Origin: Octopus bimaculoides
Lineage: Eukaryota
Direction of reading: 5' to 3'
DNA: 59,943 nucleotides
Assembly (NCBI RefSeq): GCF_001194135.2
Contig: NC_068997.1
Location: 52,428,132-52,488,074, forward strand
In this document: positions 24,146-36,819 of the stretch, one piece after another
Numbering within the stretch: position 1 is the stretch's first letter
Layout: each line of letters opens with the position of its first letter
The notes under the pieces: generated by a model
Told to the model about the DNA's origin: nothing
Database searches by the model: none
The model's input: only the letters and a program-made list of their open reading frames with translations
Position numbers and translations under genes: made by a program

Positions 24146-24524
24146 CCGTGGTCCTCAACCATTTTTTTTTTTTTACCAATGGACCCCTTTGCTTACTATT
24201 CTATTCTGGTGGACCCCCATAGCCATTTGATGTTTAAAAGCTAGTTTTATAGATTCTTCTTTCAAAACCCCTATTTTGTTTCTCACATGTTCCCTGTGGT
24301 AGGTTTGCAATAAACTCTCTTAGAGAACCGGTTCTAATGACCGGAAATATGGAAAGCATTAACGAAAGAAAACTGTTTCATGCAACAAATATGTCTAAGG
24401 CAAGATTGTTTCATGGACCCTTAAAATACTACTATGGACCCAATTTACTATTTCGCTTGCGTGGACCCCACCCCAAATTTTATATGAACCTCTAGGGGTC
24501 ATGAACTCCAGCTGAGAACCACCG
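24146..24524. mobile_element. hAT-type MITE, related to 2776-3026
   Basis: Termini ccgtggtcctcaacc / agctgagaaccaccg, shared internal tggaccc motifs; no TSD retained. Confidence 0.7.
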
Positions 24525-24553
24525 GTCTCCTTTGTACAACATTTGATGTTTCT

Positions 24554-24767
24554 AAGGCGGCGAGCTGGCAGAAACGTTAGCACGCCGGGCGAAATGCTTA
24601 GCGGTATTTCATCTGTCTTTACGAACTGAGTTCAAATTCCGCCAAGGTCGACTTTGCCTTTCATCCTTTCGGGTTCGATAAATTAAGTACCAGTTGCGTA
24701 CTGGGTCGATCTAATTGACTGGCCCCCTCCCCTCAAAATTTCGGGCCTTGTGCCTTGAGTAGAAAAG
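24554..24767 (+). mobile_element. SINE family B with a 16-bp TSD
   Basis: aacatttgatgtttct at 24538-24553 and 24768-24783. Confidence 0.93.
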
Positions 24768-27389
24768 AACATTTGATGTTTCTTTCCAACTAAACACAGA
24801 CCAGCTAAGAAGGAAAGTCTGAGCAAACGAACACGGCGACACGGTTTCGATACTCAGTTGAACCCATTTCTTTTCGCACCATCTCCGTTGACCGTTCCTA
24901 TAATCTATGGCCTTTATGCTTTAATCATAAGAGTTGGATATTTATGGAAAACAAGAATTTGCTACATTGAAGTGATTACGTTTAGTCGTCATTTTTTGTG
25001 TCTCAGTCCCTGGACTACGGCCATACTGGAACACCGCCTTGAAAGAAACAATCGAACAAATCGAATCCAGTAATTATTTTTTCGGTATCTGTTTAGCGAA
25101 CCGAGTCGTTGATGCATCAGATTGACTGCTTAACTTTACTCCTTCTGGGTCTATTTCCTCTGAGATCGAATCTCACCGGGGTTAACTTTTGCTTTTTATA
25201 AAACTTATTTCTTTTTTTTGTTATTTTACGGGAGGTGGTCGGTAAGTAAATTACCAAATTACAAAGAAGAAGAAGAAGAAGAAGAAGAAGAAGAAGAAGA
25301 AGAAGAAGAAGAAGAAGAAGAAGAAGAAGAAGAAGAAGAAGAAGAAGAANNNNNNNNNNNNNNNNNNNNNNNNNNNNNNNNNNNNNNNNNNNNNNNNNNN
25401 NNNNNNNNNNNNNNNNNNNNNNNNNNNNNNNNNNNNNNNNNNNNNNNNNNNNNNNNNNNNNNNNNNNNNNNNNNNNNNNNNNNNNNNNNNNNNNNNNNNN
25501 NNNNNNNNNNNNNNNNNNNNNNNNNNNNNNNNNNNNNNNNNNNNNNNNNNNNNNNNNNNNNNNNNNNNNNNNNNNNNNNNNNNNNNNNNNNNNNNNNNNN
25601 NNNNNNNNNNNNNNNNNNNNNNNNNNNNNNNNNNNNNNNNNNNNNNNNNNNNNNNNNNNNNNNNNNNNNNNNNNNNNNNNNNNNNNNNNNNNNNNNNNNN
25701 NNNNNNNNNNNNNNNNNNNNNNNNNNNNNNNNNNNNNNNNNNNNNNNNNNNNNNNNNNNNNNNNNNNNNNNNNNNNNNNNNNNNNNNNNNNNNNNNNNNN
25801 NNNNNNNNNNNNNNNNNNNNNNNNNNNNNNNNNNNNNNNNNNNNNNNNNNNNNNNNNNNNNNNNNNNNNNNNNNNNNNNNNNNNNNNNNNNNNNNNNNNN
25901 NNNNNNNNNNNNNNNNNNNNNNNNNNNNNNNNNNNNNNNNNNNNNNNNNNNNNNNNNNNNNNNNNNNNNNNNNNNNNNNNNNNNNNNNNNNNNNNNNNNN
26001 NNNNNNNNNNNNNNNNNNNNNNNNNNNNNNNNNNNNNNNNNNNNNGGTGGTGGTGGTGGTGGTGGTGGTGGGGTTTGCCGGTACAGTAGGTCGAGTTATG
26101 TGCTGGGGATGTTACTGTGATGGTTGTGGTGAGGATGGTATTGCAGCGTAGAGTTTTGGCGCTGCGGTAGTTGCGATGATAGAACGGTGGTGGTGGTAAT
26201 GATGATGATGATTATGGTGGTGCTGGTGCTGGTAACGATGGTAGTGATGAAGATGGTCGTGGTGATGATGATGATAATGACGACGATGATAATAGCAGTG
26301 GTGGTGGGGGCGGTGGTTGATCGTTCACATCCCAACATAACACGTATGCTATGATTACACCAAAGTAAACCTCCGAATATTTTTCTTCCAGTTTAGAAGC
26401 TTTGTTCTGAGAGACGAAAATTGCATATTCTTTTCGGAAGATGTAGGATCGAATCTTACAGAAAACCTTCAACATTTTCTCATCCAAGGAATATTTTAAC
26501 CCCAGTGTTTAGATTGTGGTGGTGGTGTTAATTGTGGTAGGGGTCTTGACACGCAGCACGCAGCAGTGTTGGCGGTGGCGTCGCTAACGGTGTTGGTGAT
26601 GTTTATGGTGGTGGTGGTGGCAGTGCTGGTTCTGGTGGTAATAGATGTAGTAGTGGTAGTAGTCGTGGTGCTAGAGGTGGTAGAATTGACCGCAGCTGGG
26701 GTACGGACAACGGGGGCTAGTGGTGGAAGTTCCAGTGGTGATGGCGGTGGTGGTTATGGTGATAGTAGTGGTGGTTGTAATAATGGCATTGGTGATGATA
26801 GAGGTGGTGGTGGTGGTGGNNNNNNNNNNNNNNNNNNNNNNNNNNNNNNNNNNNNNNNNNNNNNNNNNNNNNNNNNNNNNNNNNNNNNNNNNNNNNNNNN
26901 NNNNNNNNNNNNNNNNNNNNNNNNNNNNNNNNNNNNNNNNNNNNNNNNNNNNNNNNNNNNNNNNNNNNNNNNNNNNNNNNNNNNNNNNNNNNNNNNNNNN
27001 NNNNNNNNNNNNNNNNNNNNNNNNNNNNNNNNNNNNNNNNNNNNNNNNNNNNNNNNNNNNNNNNNNNNNNNNNNNNNNNNNNNNNNNNNNNNNNNNNNNN
27101 NNNNNNNNNNNNNNNNNNNNNNNNNNNNNNNNNNNNNNNNNNNNNNNNNNNNNNNNNNNNNNNNNNNNNNNNNNNNNNNNNNNNNNNNNNNNNNNNNNNN
27201 NNNNNNNNNNNNNNNNNNNNNNNNNNNNNNNNNNNNNNNNNNNNNNNNNNNNNNNNNTGTGGTGGTGGTGGTGGTGGTAGTGGTGGTGGTGGTGGTGGTG
27301 GTGGTTGCGGTCGTAACGATACTTGCGACAGTGATGTTGAAAATATCAGTAGTGGTGGTCATGGCGGAGGCGGTGAATAGTTTTCCACA

Positions 27390-27600
27390 TTGACTGACGT
27401 CTGTCAGGTTTGTCACGGAAGTGTTAGGTGTCGATGTATGTGTGACTTCCGGTTGACGTTGCGACTGATCGGCCGCCATTATAGTCCCGTGATCATCATA
27501 ACTTCCCCATCCTCTCAACCATCATCATGGCAACCGGAACTCACGCTTAATAAACCGTCGACAGACAAATGACGCGCGTCCGTTTATTAGCGATACTTCC
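27390..27600. promoter_or_regulatory. Candidate cis-regulatory island (ETS, CRE, YY1 and RFX-like motifs)
   Basis: TGACGTC 27395, ACGGAAGTG 27415, ACTTCCGG 27445, GCCGCCATT 27472, CATGGCAACC 27526; motif matches only. Confidence 0.35.
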
Positions 27601-28175
27601 TAAACAACAAACAACAACAACAAACAAACAAACAACTACAGAAACATAATGAGGAAGCCTCCACGTGGTACCTCGATCTACTAAAACTAGCAGCCAAAAC
27701 ACTTTCAGTTAAACATCGCTTAAAAGATGAAGCAAGATCACACTGGATAATGTAGCCCAAGGTACACTACAGCTATGGCCAAAAGTTTGGAACATAGGAA
27801 TTAGAATTTCTATATTAAATGCCCCAAAATATACGTTCTGTATATTTGAATCGAATTGTACTTGGGCAGAAGAATTTTAATTTAAAAATAAAATGTTCCA
27901 AACTTTTTGGCTGCGATTGTAAGTTTAAGTACAATGTGAGATGATCATTGTTGGAATTAATGCAATTAGAGATGACATCGCTCGATTAAGTCTGACCTGG
28001 GGTTAAATGCTACAATCGAAAACAGTAATAATGATTTCACATATTGACACAAGACACCAAATATGGAAATATGATTCTAGATTAGGTCGATATTCTAAAT
28101 CACGCGTGTCAAATATTATGTAATAATGCGTAGTCTGCATCCATTACTTATCCATAGATAGATAGACAGATAGAC

Positions 28176-28218
<43 letters not shown>

Positions 28219-28280
28219 CAGACAGATAGATAGATGGGTTCTCATCAAGGTATTATGTCACCTGCTTATGGCCATTTAGA

Positions 28281-28380
28281 TTTCACCTGAAGATGGTGGA
28301 TTCTATGCTATGATGTAATCTATGCTATGATATAATCTATGAATACATCAATAAAATTCTACCGAAACAGCTGTCGTAAA
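28281..28380 (+). ncRNA. Type I hammerhead ribozyme with intact core
   Basis: CTGAAGA 28287-28293; helix II GGTGGA / TTCTACC; GAAA 28364-28367; palindromic helix III ACAGCTGT; GTC triplet ending 28375; helix I tttcac / gtaaa. Confidence 0.8.
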
Positions 28381-28608
28381 CTTTAGACCTCAATTTTTTT
28401 TTATAACTAGGTCGCACCCACAACCAACCCGGGAGTTGGATCTACGTTTTAAATTGTGTTTGATACTTACAGATCTACTGTTTCCTACCAACACATGATA
28501 CTTTCATGGTTGTTTTACCTCACCATGAACCCTATGTTATTGTACCTAGCCATTTCTGGCGTCCTGCGTGTTGATGTGCCTAGATTCTATTGAAGCCTTT
28601 AACTAATC

Positions 28609-28657
<49 letters not shown>

Positions 28658-28908
28658 CACATCTCTCATAAATCATAATGCATCTTTAATAGGAAGAAGA
28701 TACTAAAGATAAGGTACTTCTCAATAATTTTGATCGGTGAACTGGTCACGGTTGGACAACATTCAAATAGGTTTCACAGGTGAGAGTTGAAACAATAGCT
28801 CGGTGTGGGTAAGTAATGCTGGTCAAATGTTTTGAAATGTGGGTGGCCGAAGGTCTATTGCATCTGTGTGTGTATAGTATATACGTGTACACACACACAC
28901 ACACACAC

Positions 28909-28987
<79 letters not shown>

Positions 28988-29195
28988 AGCACACGCACAT
29001 ATATACCAACATACAAGCATGCACATATATATATAAGGCGGTGCTTCAGCATGGCCGCAATCAAATGACTGAAACAAGTAAACGTATAAAATAATATATG
29101 TATATATATGAATGCATGTATGTGTGCATGTGTGTGTACGTATGTATGTACAGGGTGGGAGAAATACAGATAAATAAATGCAGAGAAACAGACAG

Positions 29196-29239
<44 letters not shown>

Positions 29240-29327
29240 GTACACAAACATTCTCATATATGTACGCACGGAAACACATATCACAAATGTCCAAACTTAA
29301 ATACATACAAATACACTTCTTTTATAT

Positions 29328-29379
<52 letters not shown>

Positions 29380-29389
29380 NNNNNNNNNN

Positions 29390-29433
<44 letters not shown>

Positions 29434-29761
29434 TCATCCTAATTTCCAGTTTTTCAGATTGTAACCCTGATAACATTAAGAGAATTTGCTGTAGTCCAGT
29501 GTTATCAGATTTGATGAGGACGGGAGTCAGACAAAGGTGGGGAGGAGTGTAAGTAAATTATTATATTTCACTGGCCATCACTTCTGACTAAGCAGTGTCC
29601 AAAAGAGAGGGCAGAGGTCAGAGCGATGCTGTTACCTCCGTCAGTCAACGTATCAAACCAAACGAGATTTCAATCTGTCGTTTGCAATGTCTTTAACATA
29701 CTGAAATTTTTATTTTTTTTATTATTTCTCTTATTGACTGTTGTTAGCGGAATCTAATGTA

Positions 29762-29819
<58 letters not shown>

Positions 29820-29887
29820 TTATCTACATACCTACCTACCTACCTACCTACCTACCTACTTATCTATCTGTCTATCTACCTGTCTGT

Positions 29888-29983
<96 letters not shown>

Positions 29984-30079
29984 GTTTATCTAACTATCTA
30001 TCTGTCTATTTATCTATCTATCTGTTTAACTATCTGTCTGTCTGTTTGTCCGTTTATCTATCTATCTGTTTATAATTAA

Positions 30080-30370
30080 CCCCTCCGAGGTACAAGTCCG
30101 GGCAAGGTTGTTTATGGAAGACCAGCAATCATCCATGCATACCAGCCTCTACTCTCCATTCTACCGATGTTATCCAAGGAAACGGCAAAGAGGTCGATAC
30201 AGCTTGGCACCAGTGACGCCGTAACTCATTTCTACAGGTGAGTTAACTGGAGCAGCTTGAAATAAGGTGTCTTGCTCAAGAACACAACACACAGTTCGGT
30301 CCGGGAATCGAACTCACTACCTCATGATTGTGTGCCCGACGCTCTAAACCACTGAGCCGTGCGCGTCCAC
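30080..30370 (-). mobile_element. tRNA-derived SINE, family E (related head to D)
   Basis: Reverse complement: ggctcagtggtttagagcg...gagttcgattcccggacc...tgtgttcttgagcaagacac. Confidence 0.8.
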
Positions 30371-30642
30371 CAATATTCCGTAATCCCATACTGTATTGTC
30401 CTGTACCCAGAGCCGCAAAGCATTGGTACGCTATGCGGTTGTCCAGGGGGTCCACGGGTCTAGGCGCCACGTTCTCATCTCTTTATGCTGTTGCCTGCTG
30501 TCAAATGCCGTAGGGTCCAGGACATTGAATTGCCCGGGGCCTGTAAAGCTTTTGAGACGGTCCTACCTGTAACGTAGCCGTTGCATTTTCATCCCTCGTG
30601 GTTAATAAAGAAAGTACCACAACTACTATAGCTACCACCACC

Positions 30643-30715
<73 letters not shown>

Positions 30716-30891
30716 TTTTCGTAGCTGTATTTCGGTTAAGGAAATGTGAGTTTTCAGTAATATTAATGCCTTTTTAATAGGAACCAGATTCATAACGAAA
30801 AAGCTCGCAGAATCAAGTAAAGTTGATGGTTTTTGTTTTATTTATACATATTTTAATTGATATTATTAATATAAATTTTATTTATAATTAC

Positions 30892-30922
<31 letters not shown>

Positions 30923-31575
30923 GTTAATATTAATATTATTATCNNNNNNNNNNNNNNNNNNNNNNNNNNNNNNNNNNNNNNNNNNNNNNNNNNNNNNNNN
31001 NNNNNNNNNNNNNNNNNNNNNNNNNNNGGTGGTGGTGGTGGTGGTGGTGGTGGTGGTGGCGGCGGAGGTATTTGTTGCTATCATAAGAAAAGATAATTAT
31101 CTCTTATGATTTTCCAATCATCAATCATATCATCGTCGTTTATTAAGTCACTTATTACTCATCCCAATATAATTAAATCTTCATCACGTGACCAAGTGCA
31201 GAACTATTTATCGTTGTAAGCATACATAAAATATTGTACACCCATACACACACATAAATATACACACATACACACACACACATATATATATAAATAGTTT
31301 AATCTTTCGTTAAGGTAGGATCAACAAAAATGTATTTCATCCAGTGAAAGAGAAATGATACGCGTGTGTGTGTGTGTGTGTGTGTAATCTAAGCTGCCAC
31401 CATTTTACCCACCCTGAAATATATGTAAATAGTCCATTACCCACACATCCACCCGTATATTTTAGTTACTCTTGTAGATTCTCATTCAAAATTGCTGACT
31501 GGAGACCTATGAGGTGTGATATTGTGTGAGGGTGGGAGGTATTTCCCTCTAACTTTATGTGTGTGTTTGTATATG

Positions 31576-31607
<32 letters not shown>

Positions 31608-32567
31608 AGTGAGTGCTGTGTNNNNNNNNNNNNNNNNNNNNNNNNNNNNNNNNNNNNNNNNNNNNNNNNNNNNNNNNNNNNNNNNNNNNNNNNNNNNNNN
31701 NNNNNNNNNNNNNNNNNNNNNNNNNNNNNNNNNNNNNNNNNNNNNNNNNNNNNNNNNNNNNNNNNNNNNNNNNNNNNNNNNNNNNNNNNNNNNNNNNNNN
31801 NNNNNNNNNNNNNNNNNNNNNNNNNNNNNNNNNNNNNNNNNNNNNNNNNNNNNNNNNNNNNNNNNNNNNNNNNNNNNNNNNNNNNNNNNNNNNNNNNNNN
31901 NNNNNNNNNNNNNNNNNNNNNNNNNNNNNNNNNNNNNNNNNNNNNNNNNNNNNNNNNNNNNNNNNNNNNNNNNNNNNNNNNNNNNNNNNNNNNNNNNNNN
32001 NNNNNNNNNNNNNNNNNNNNNNNNNNNNNNNNNNNNNNNNNNNNNNNNNNNNNNNNNNNNNNNNNNNNNNNNNNNNNNNNNNNNNNNNNNNNNNNNNNNN
32101 NNNNNNNNNNNNNNNNNNNNNNNNNNNNNNNNNNNNNNNNNNNNNNNNNNNNNNNNATATATATATATATATATATATATACATATTGTTGATTTAAACG
32201 AAATATGAACGAAAGAGACCCAAGGATTGCTTTTAATCGTTTTCTTAAATGTTATTTACTCTGGTTAATGCGAGTACAATTTTTATCGACGACCTTAAAT
32301 ATATACGCTCAGATAAAGATATATATAATATATATATATGTATATAGTCACATAATTATATATATTTTAATTACTGTATGTATATGTGTGAGTGCGTGTA
32401 GAAATAAGTAAGCAGCTATGTTCACCAGTTCAGAGTGAATAAGTGTACGTTTCATACATGTCAATATGTATGTATATATGTGTGTATGTATAATTATATA
32501 AGTGTGTGAGTCTGTGTGCATATATATGTATATATGTGTGTATATATAAGTATATAAGTGTGTGTGC

Positions 32568-32669
<102 letters not shown>

Positions 32670-32749
32670 TGCAATATGCATAAAGATACATACAAGTACA
32701 CACAAAGAAATGATATATTATGATAAATATATAAGTATACACACGCACG

Positions 32750-32799
<50 letters not shown>

Positions 32800-33219
32800 C
32801 ATATATACACACACGCGCAAAATAAATATTAATATATGTGTGTGTAAGTATACGTGTTTGTATTAGTGTGTTGCGTGTGTGCGTGTGTGCGTGTGTATGT
32901 GTGTGTGTACGTGTGATTGAATGAATTTCTAAGCAACAAAAAAACAAAATAGCTATGGATATTTCACAGTAATATTAGCAAGCCATTCACCGGCTCCCAT
33001 ATATTTACTCAACCAATTAAAACCATTGAAAGATCTCCTACGGCGTTCAGCTCTTCTGCTTCTTTGTCCACAAACAACAAACCGAGCAACCAGACTTTTT
33101 CATCTCTTCAAACATGGTTGCCTTCACACTAAATTATTTCACATCGAATTCGTTCAGGTAACTAGAGGTAAGCAGCATAGCAACAGCAGCAGCATAGTAG
33201 TAACACTAATAATAATAAC

Positions 33220-33286
<67 letters not shown>

Positions 33287-33928
33287 GCTTCAAATNNNNN
33301 NNNNNAAATTAGGGGGGTGTGGCAAGTCGATTACATCGACCCCCCCCCCAGTGTTTCACTGGTATTTATTTCATCGATTCCTACAGGATGAAAGGCAAAG
33401 TAGGCCTCGGTGATGGTGATAATGATGGTGATAGTGATGGTGATGATGATGATGATGATGATGATGACTTCTCTTGTTAGCCACAAGGGCATAGATGAGG
33501 GTGACATCACAAGAACTGTCAGCAATTTCTTTAATGGTTTTCTGGATTATTGACAAAAGATACCATCGAAGGGAAAGTAGTCCAAGTATTAAATTAAGCT
33601 TAGAAATCAGTTTATATTTTGGCACTGGTTGGCGAAAGCCTCGTCAAACACTACATACATATATATATACATGCATGTAAATTTATCTCTATATTTGTGT
33701 GTGTGTGTGTGCTTTGTCTCTGAGCTTTAAGTTCTTAAGAGAGTTCAAGTTGATCGCTAACAAAGAGACAAGACTTTTTGAACGAAGAGAGTTTCTGGTG
33801 TTTCTAAATATGTGGTTGAGCAGTCGATGCACACGCACACACTCACAATTGTGTGTCTATTCATCTAAAGAATCTCAGATGGAAAATGTATGTATGTATG
33901 TGTGTATGTGCTACGTATATTTAATATG

Positions 33929-34080
33929 TGGAAGCCCGTAGCTTAGTGGTTAGAGTGTTGGACTCATTATTGTACGATTGTGGTTTCGATTCCTGGACCG
34001 GGCGACGCGTTGTGTTCTTGAGCAAAACACTTCATTTCACGTTGCTCCAGTCCACTCAGCTGGCAGAAATGAGTAATCGT
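33929..34080 (+). mobile_element. tRNA-derived SINE (family D/E head)
   Basis: tagcttagtggttagagtg...ggtttcgattcc...gcgttgtgttcttgagcaaaacacttcatttcacgttgctccag. Confidence 0.8.
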
Positions 34081-34194
34081 GAGACGGACCGGCGTCCAAA
34101 GAAAAAATATATTGGCCACAAAATCCGCAGAAATCGGCCCTGTGAACCTCTGGCGCGAGCAAGACCTTTGATCCGTTTCGATATTTAATAATAG

Positions 34195-34390
34195 GCGTGG
34201 ATGTGTGGCAAGAAGCTTGTAAATATTTAATCGATACAGCTTCTTCACCCCTTTTATGTTTGTCTGTCCTTGTTCGTCCCCTCTTTGTAATGCCTTTATG
34301 GCAAATATTTATGATATGAAATAAAGAAGCTTGCTTCCCAACCGCATGGTCCCGGTTTCAGTCCCACTGCGTGACACCTTCAGCAAGAGT
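34195..34390 (+). mobile_element. SINE A head interrupted by a 104-bp insertion with a 10-bp TSD
   Basis: aagaagcttg at 34210-34219 and 34324-34333; insert resembles a SINE-B subfamily tail. Confidence 0.7.
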
Positions 34391-36090
34391 AGGAAAGATT
34401 AGGAGAGAGATGAGGAGTTCAGAAGTGGAGGGNNNNNNNNNNNNNNNNNNNNNNNNNNNNNNNNNNNNNNNNNNNNNNNNNNNNNNNNNNNNNNNNNNNN
34501 NNNNNNNNNNNNNNNNNNNNNNNNNNNNNNNNNNNNNNNNNNNNNNNNNNNNNNNNNNNNNNNNNNNNNNNNNNNNNNNNNNNNNNNNNNNNNNNNNNNN
34601 NNNNNNNNNNNNNNNNNNNNNNNNNNNNNNNNNNNNNNNNNNNNNNNNNNNNNNNNNNNNNNNNNNNNNNNNNNNNNNNNNNNNNNNNNNNNNNNNNNNN
34701 NNNNNNNNNNNNNNNNNNNNNNNNNNNNNNNNNNNNNNNNNNNNNNNNNNNNNNNNNNNNNNNNNNNNNNNNNNNNNNNNNNNNNNNNNNNNNNNNNNNN
34801 NNNNNNNNNNNNNNNNNNNNNNNNNNNNNNNNNNNNNNNNNNNNNNNNNNNNNNNNNNNNNNNNNNNNNNNNNNNNNNNNNNNNNNNNNNNNNNNNNNNN
34901 NNNNNNNNNNNNNNNNNNNNNNNNNNNNNNNNNNNNNNNNNNNNNNNNNNNNNNNNNNNNNNNNNNNNNNNNNNNNNNNNNNNNNNNNNAGGAGGAGGAG
35001 GAGGAGGAGACGGCAATAACGAGGGCGATGAAGATGGTAATGATGATGATGATAATGATGATAAAAAAAGAAAGGGGTAGATCATGATGATAAAGAAAAA
35101 GTAGAAAAGATGTATGAAGGAGAGAGAGTGTGAGAGAGAGAGAGGGAGAAGAAAGAGGTGGAAGTGATAGTGAAGACATGTTTGAGACAATCCAACAACA
35201 ATAACAACAATGAAGAAAGAAATAAAGAAAAAGAATAACAGAAAGAAGAAAAAAGGCAACAAAAAATATATCGAAAAACAATGAAACAAACTGCAAAAGA
35301 AAGGAACTTATTGGAAGGCCGCTTCAGTGGAGCGTGGCAGAATAGACGGAAGGATGGTGCTAAGGGTACCGGGTGTTAATAGGGTGGCGCCGATATGGGT
35401 GGGTGNNNNNNNNNNNNNNNNNNNNNNNNNNNNNNNNNNNNNNNNNNNNNNNNNNNNNNNNNNNNNNNNNNNNNNNNNNNNNNNNNNNNNNNNNNNNNNN
35501 NNNNNNNNNNNNNNNNNNNNNNNNNNNNNNNNNNNNNNNNNNNNNNNNNNNNNNNNNNNNNNNNNNNNNNNNNNNNNNNNNNNNNNNNNNNNNNNNNNNN
35601 NNNNNNNNNNNNNNNNNNNNNNNNNNNNNNNNNNNNNNNNNNNNNNNNNNNNNNNNNNNNNNNNNNNNNNNNNNNNNNNNNNNNNNNNNNNNNNNNNNNN
35701 NNNNNNNNNNNNNNNNNNNNNNNNNNNNNNNNNNNNNNNNNNNNNNNNNNNNNNNNNNNNNNNNNNNNNNNNNNNNNNNNNNNNNNNNNNNNNNNNNNNN
35801 NNNNNNNNNNNNNNNNNNNNNNNNNNNNNNNNNNNNNNNNNNNNNNNNNNNNNNNNNNNNNGAGAGAGAGAGAGAGAGAGGCAGACAGACAGAGAGGACA
35901 TAGAGGAACCGACATATGTATACATATATACATATACACAAACATACCGAAAGATGTTAACGACTACATACCTTGTGGGAGATCTACGGCTTTCAACAGC
36001 AAAGTTTAATACACACGCACTCCCAGACACACACACACACACTCCCAGACACACATATACAGCGAGTAGAATACACATATGTAAACCTAT

Positions 36091-36143
36091 TCTTTCTTCT
36101 ACACGTTTCAGTCATTTCACTGCAGTCATGCTGGAGCACCGCC
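36091..36143 (-). mobile_element. Isolated SINE-A 3' tail
   Basis: gtttcagtcatttcactgcagtcatgctggagcaccgcc. Confidence 0.7.
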
Positions 36144-36269
36144 TTGCTATATACGCATACACATACACAAGCTTACATACATTTATTTGTGTGTATATGT
36201 ATATCTATATATGTCTGTGTTTATGTCTGTATGTGTGAGTCAATGTATGTTATATATATATGTATATAT

Positions 36270-36819
36270 TCTTTTATTCTTTTATGTTTCAGCCCTGAGG
36301 CTGTGGCCATGCTGGGGCACCACCAGTGTATACTTTGATTCTTTTATATGTTTCAGCCCTAAGGCTGTGGCCATGCTGGGATACCGCCTGTGTAATCACC
36401 TTTTAATTGGCTAATTCTGTGTGATTGGCTTTTGGTGAAGTCGGGAGTTCGATAACACTGCTGCCCTCTTTTGAGTTTCCTGCCTTGATACTGGTTCATC
36501 TGGGATCTTGGATAGCAAGAGGTCAAGTTCTTTTTTGAAAACATCTACCCACCACTCTGTGGAAATTCCTGAGATATTTTGGCAAGGAGTTCAATAGCTG
36601 TGGGCCCTTGAATCCCAAGCTATTGCAGTACATGGTTCACACCTTAGATGGGACAGCTGGGACTTTTGGAACAGTGCAGTGGCGTCCAATTCGAGGTCTG
36701 GTATAACTCCCAATTCCAAAGTTTGGTACCAGCCCCCTCCAGAATCTTCCTCTCATATATATATCACTGCATACTTCTATCGTTTTCGCTCCTAGGAGTA
36801 GAGTCGTAGCTCTTTCAGT
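36270..36819 (-). mobile_element. 5'-truncated CR1-like LINE 3' end (decayed RT C-terminus, 3' UTR, duplicated tail)
   Basis: LKELRLYS*ERKR*KYAVIYI...KILEGLVPNFGI...GRHC...YCNSLGFKGPQLLNSLP...VFKKELD...IPDEP...HQ; stop at 36411-36413. Confidence 0.85.
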
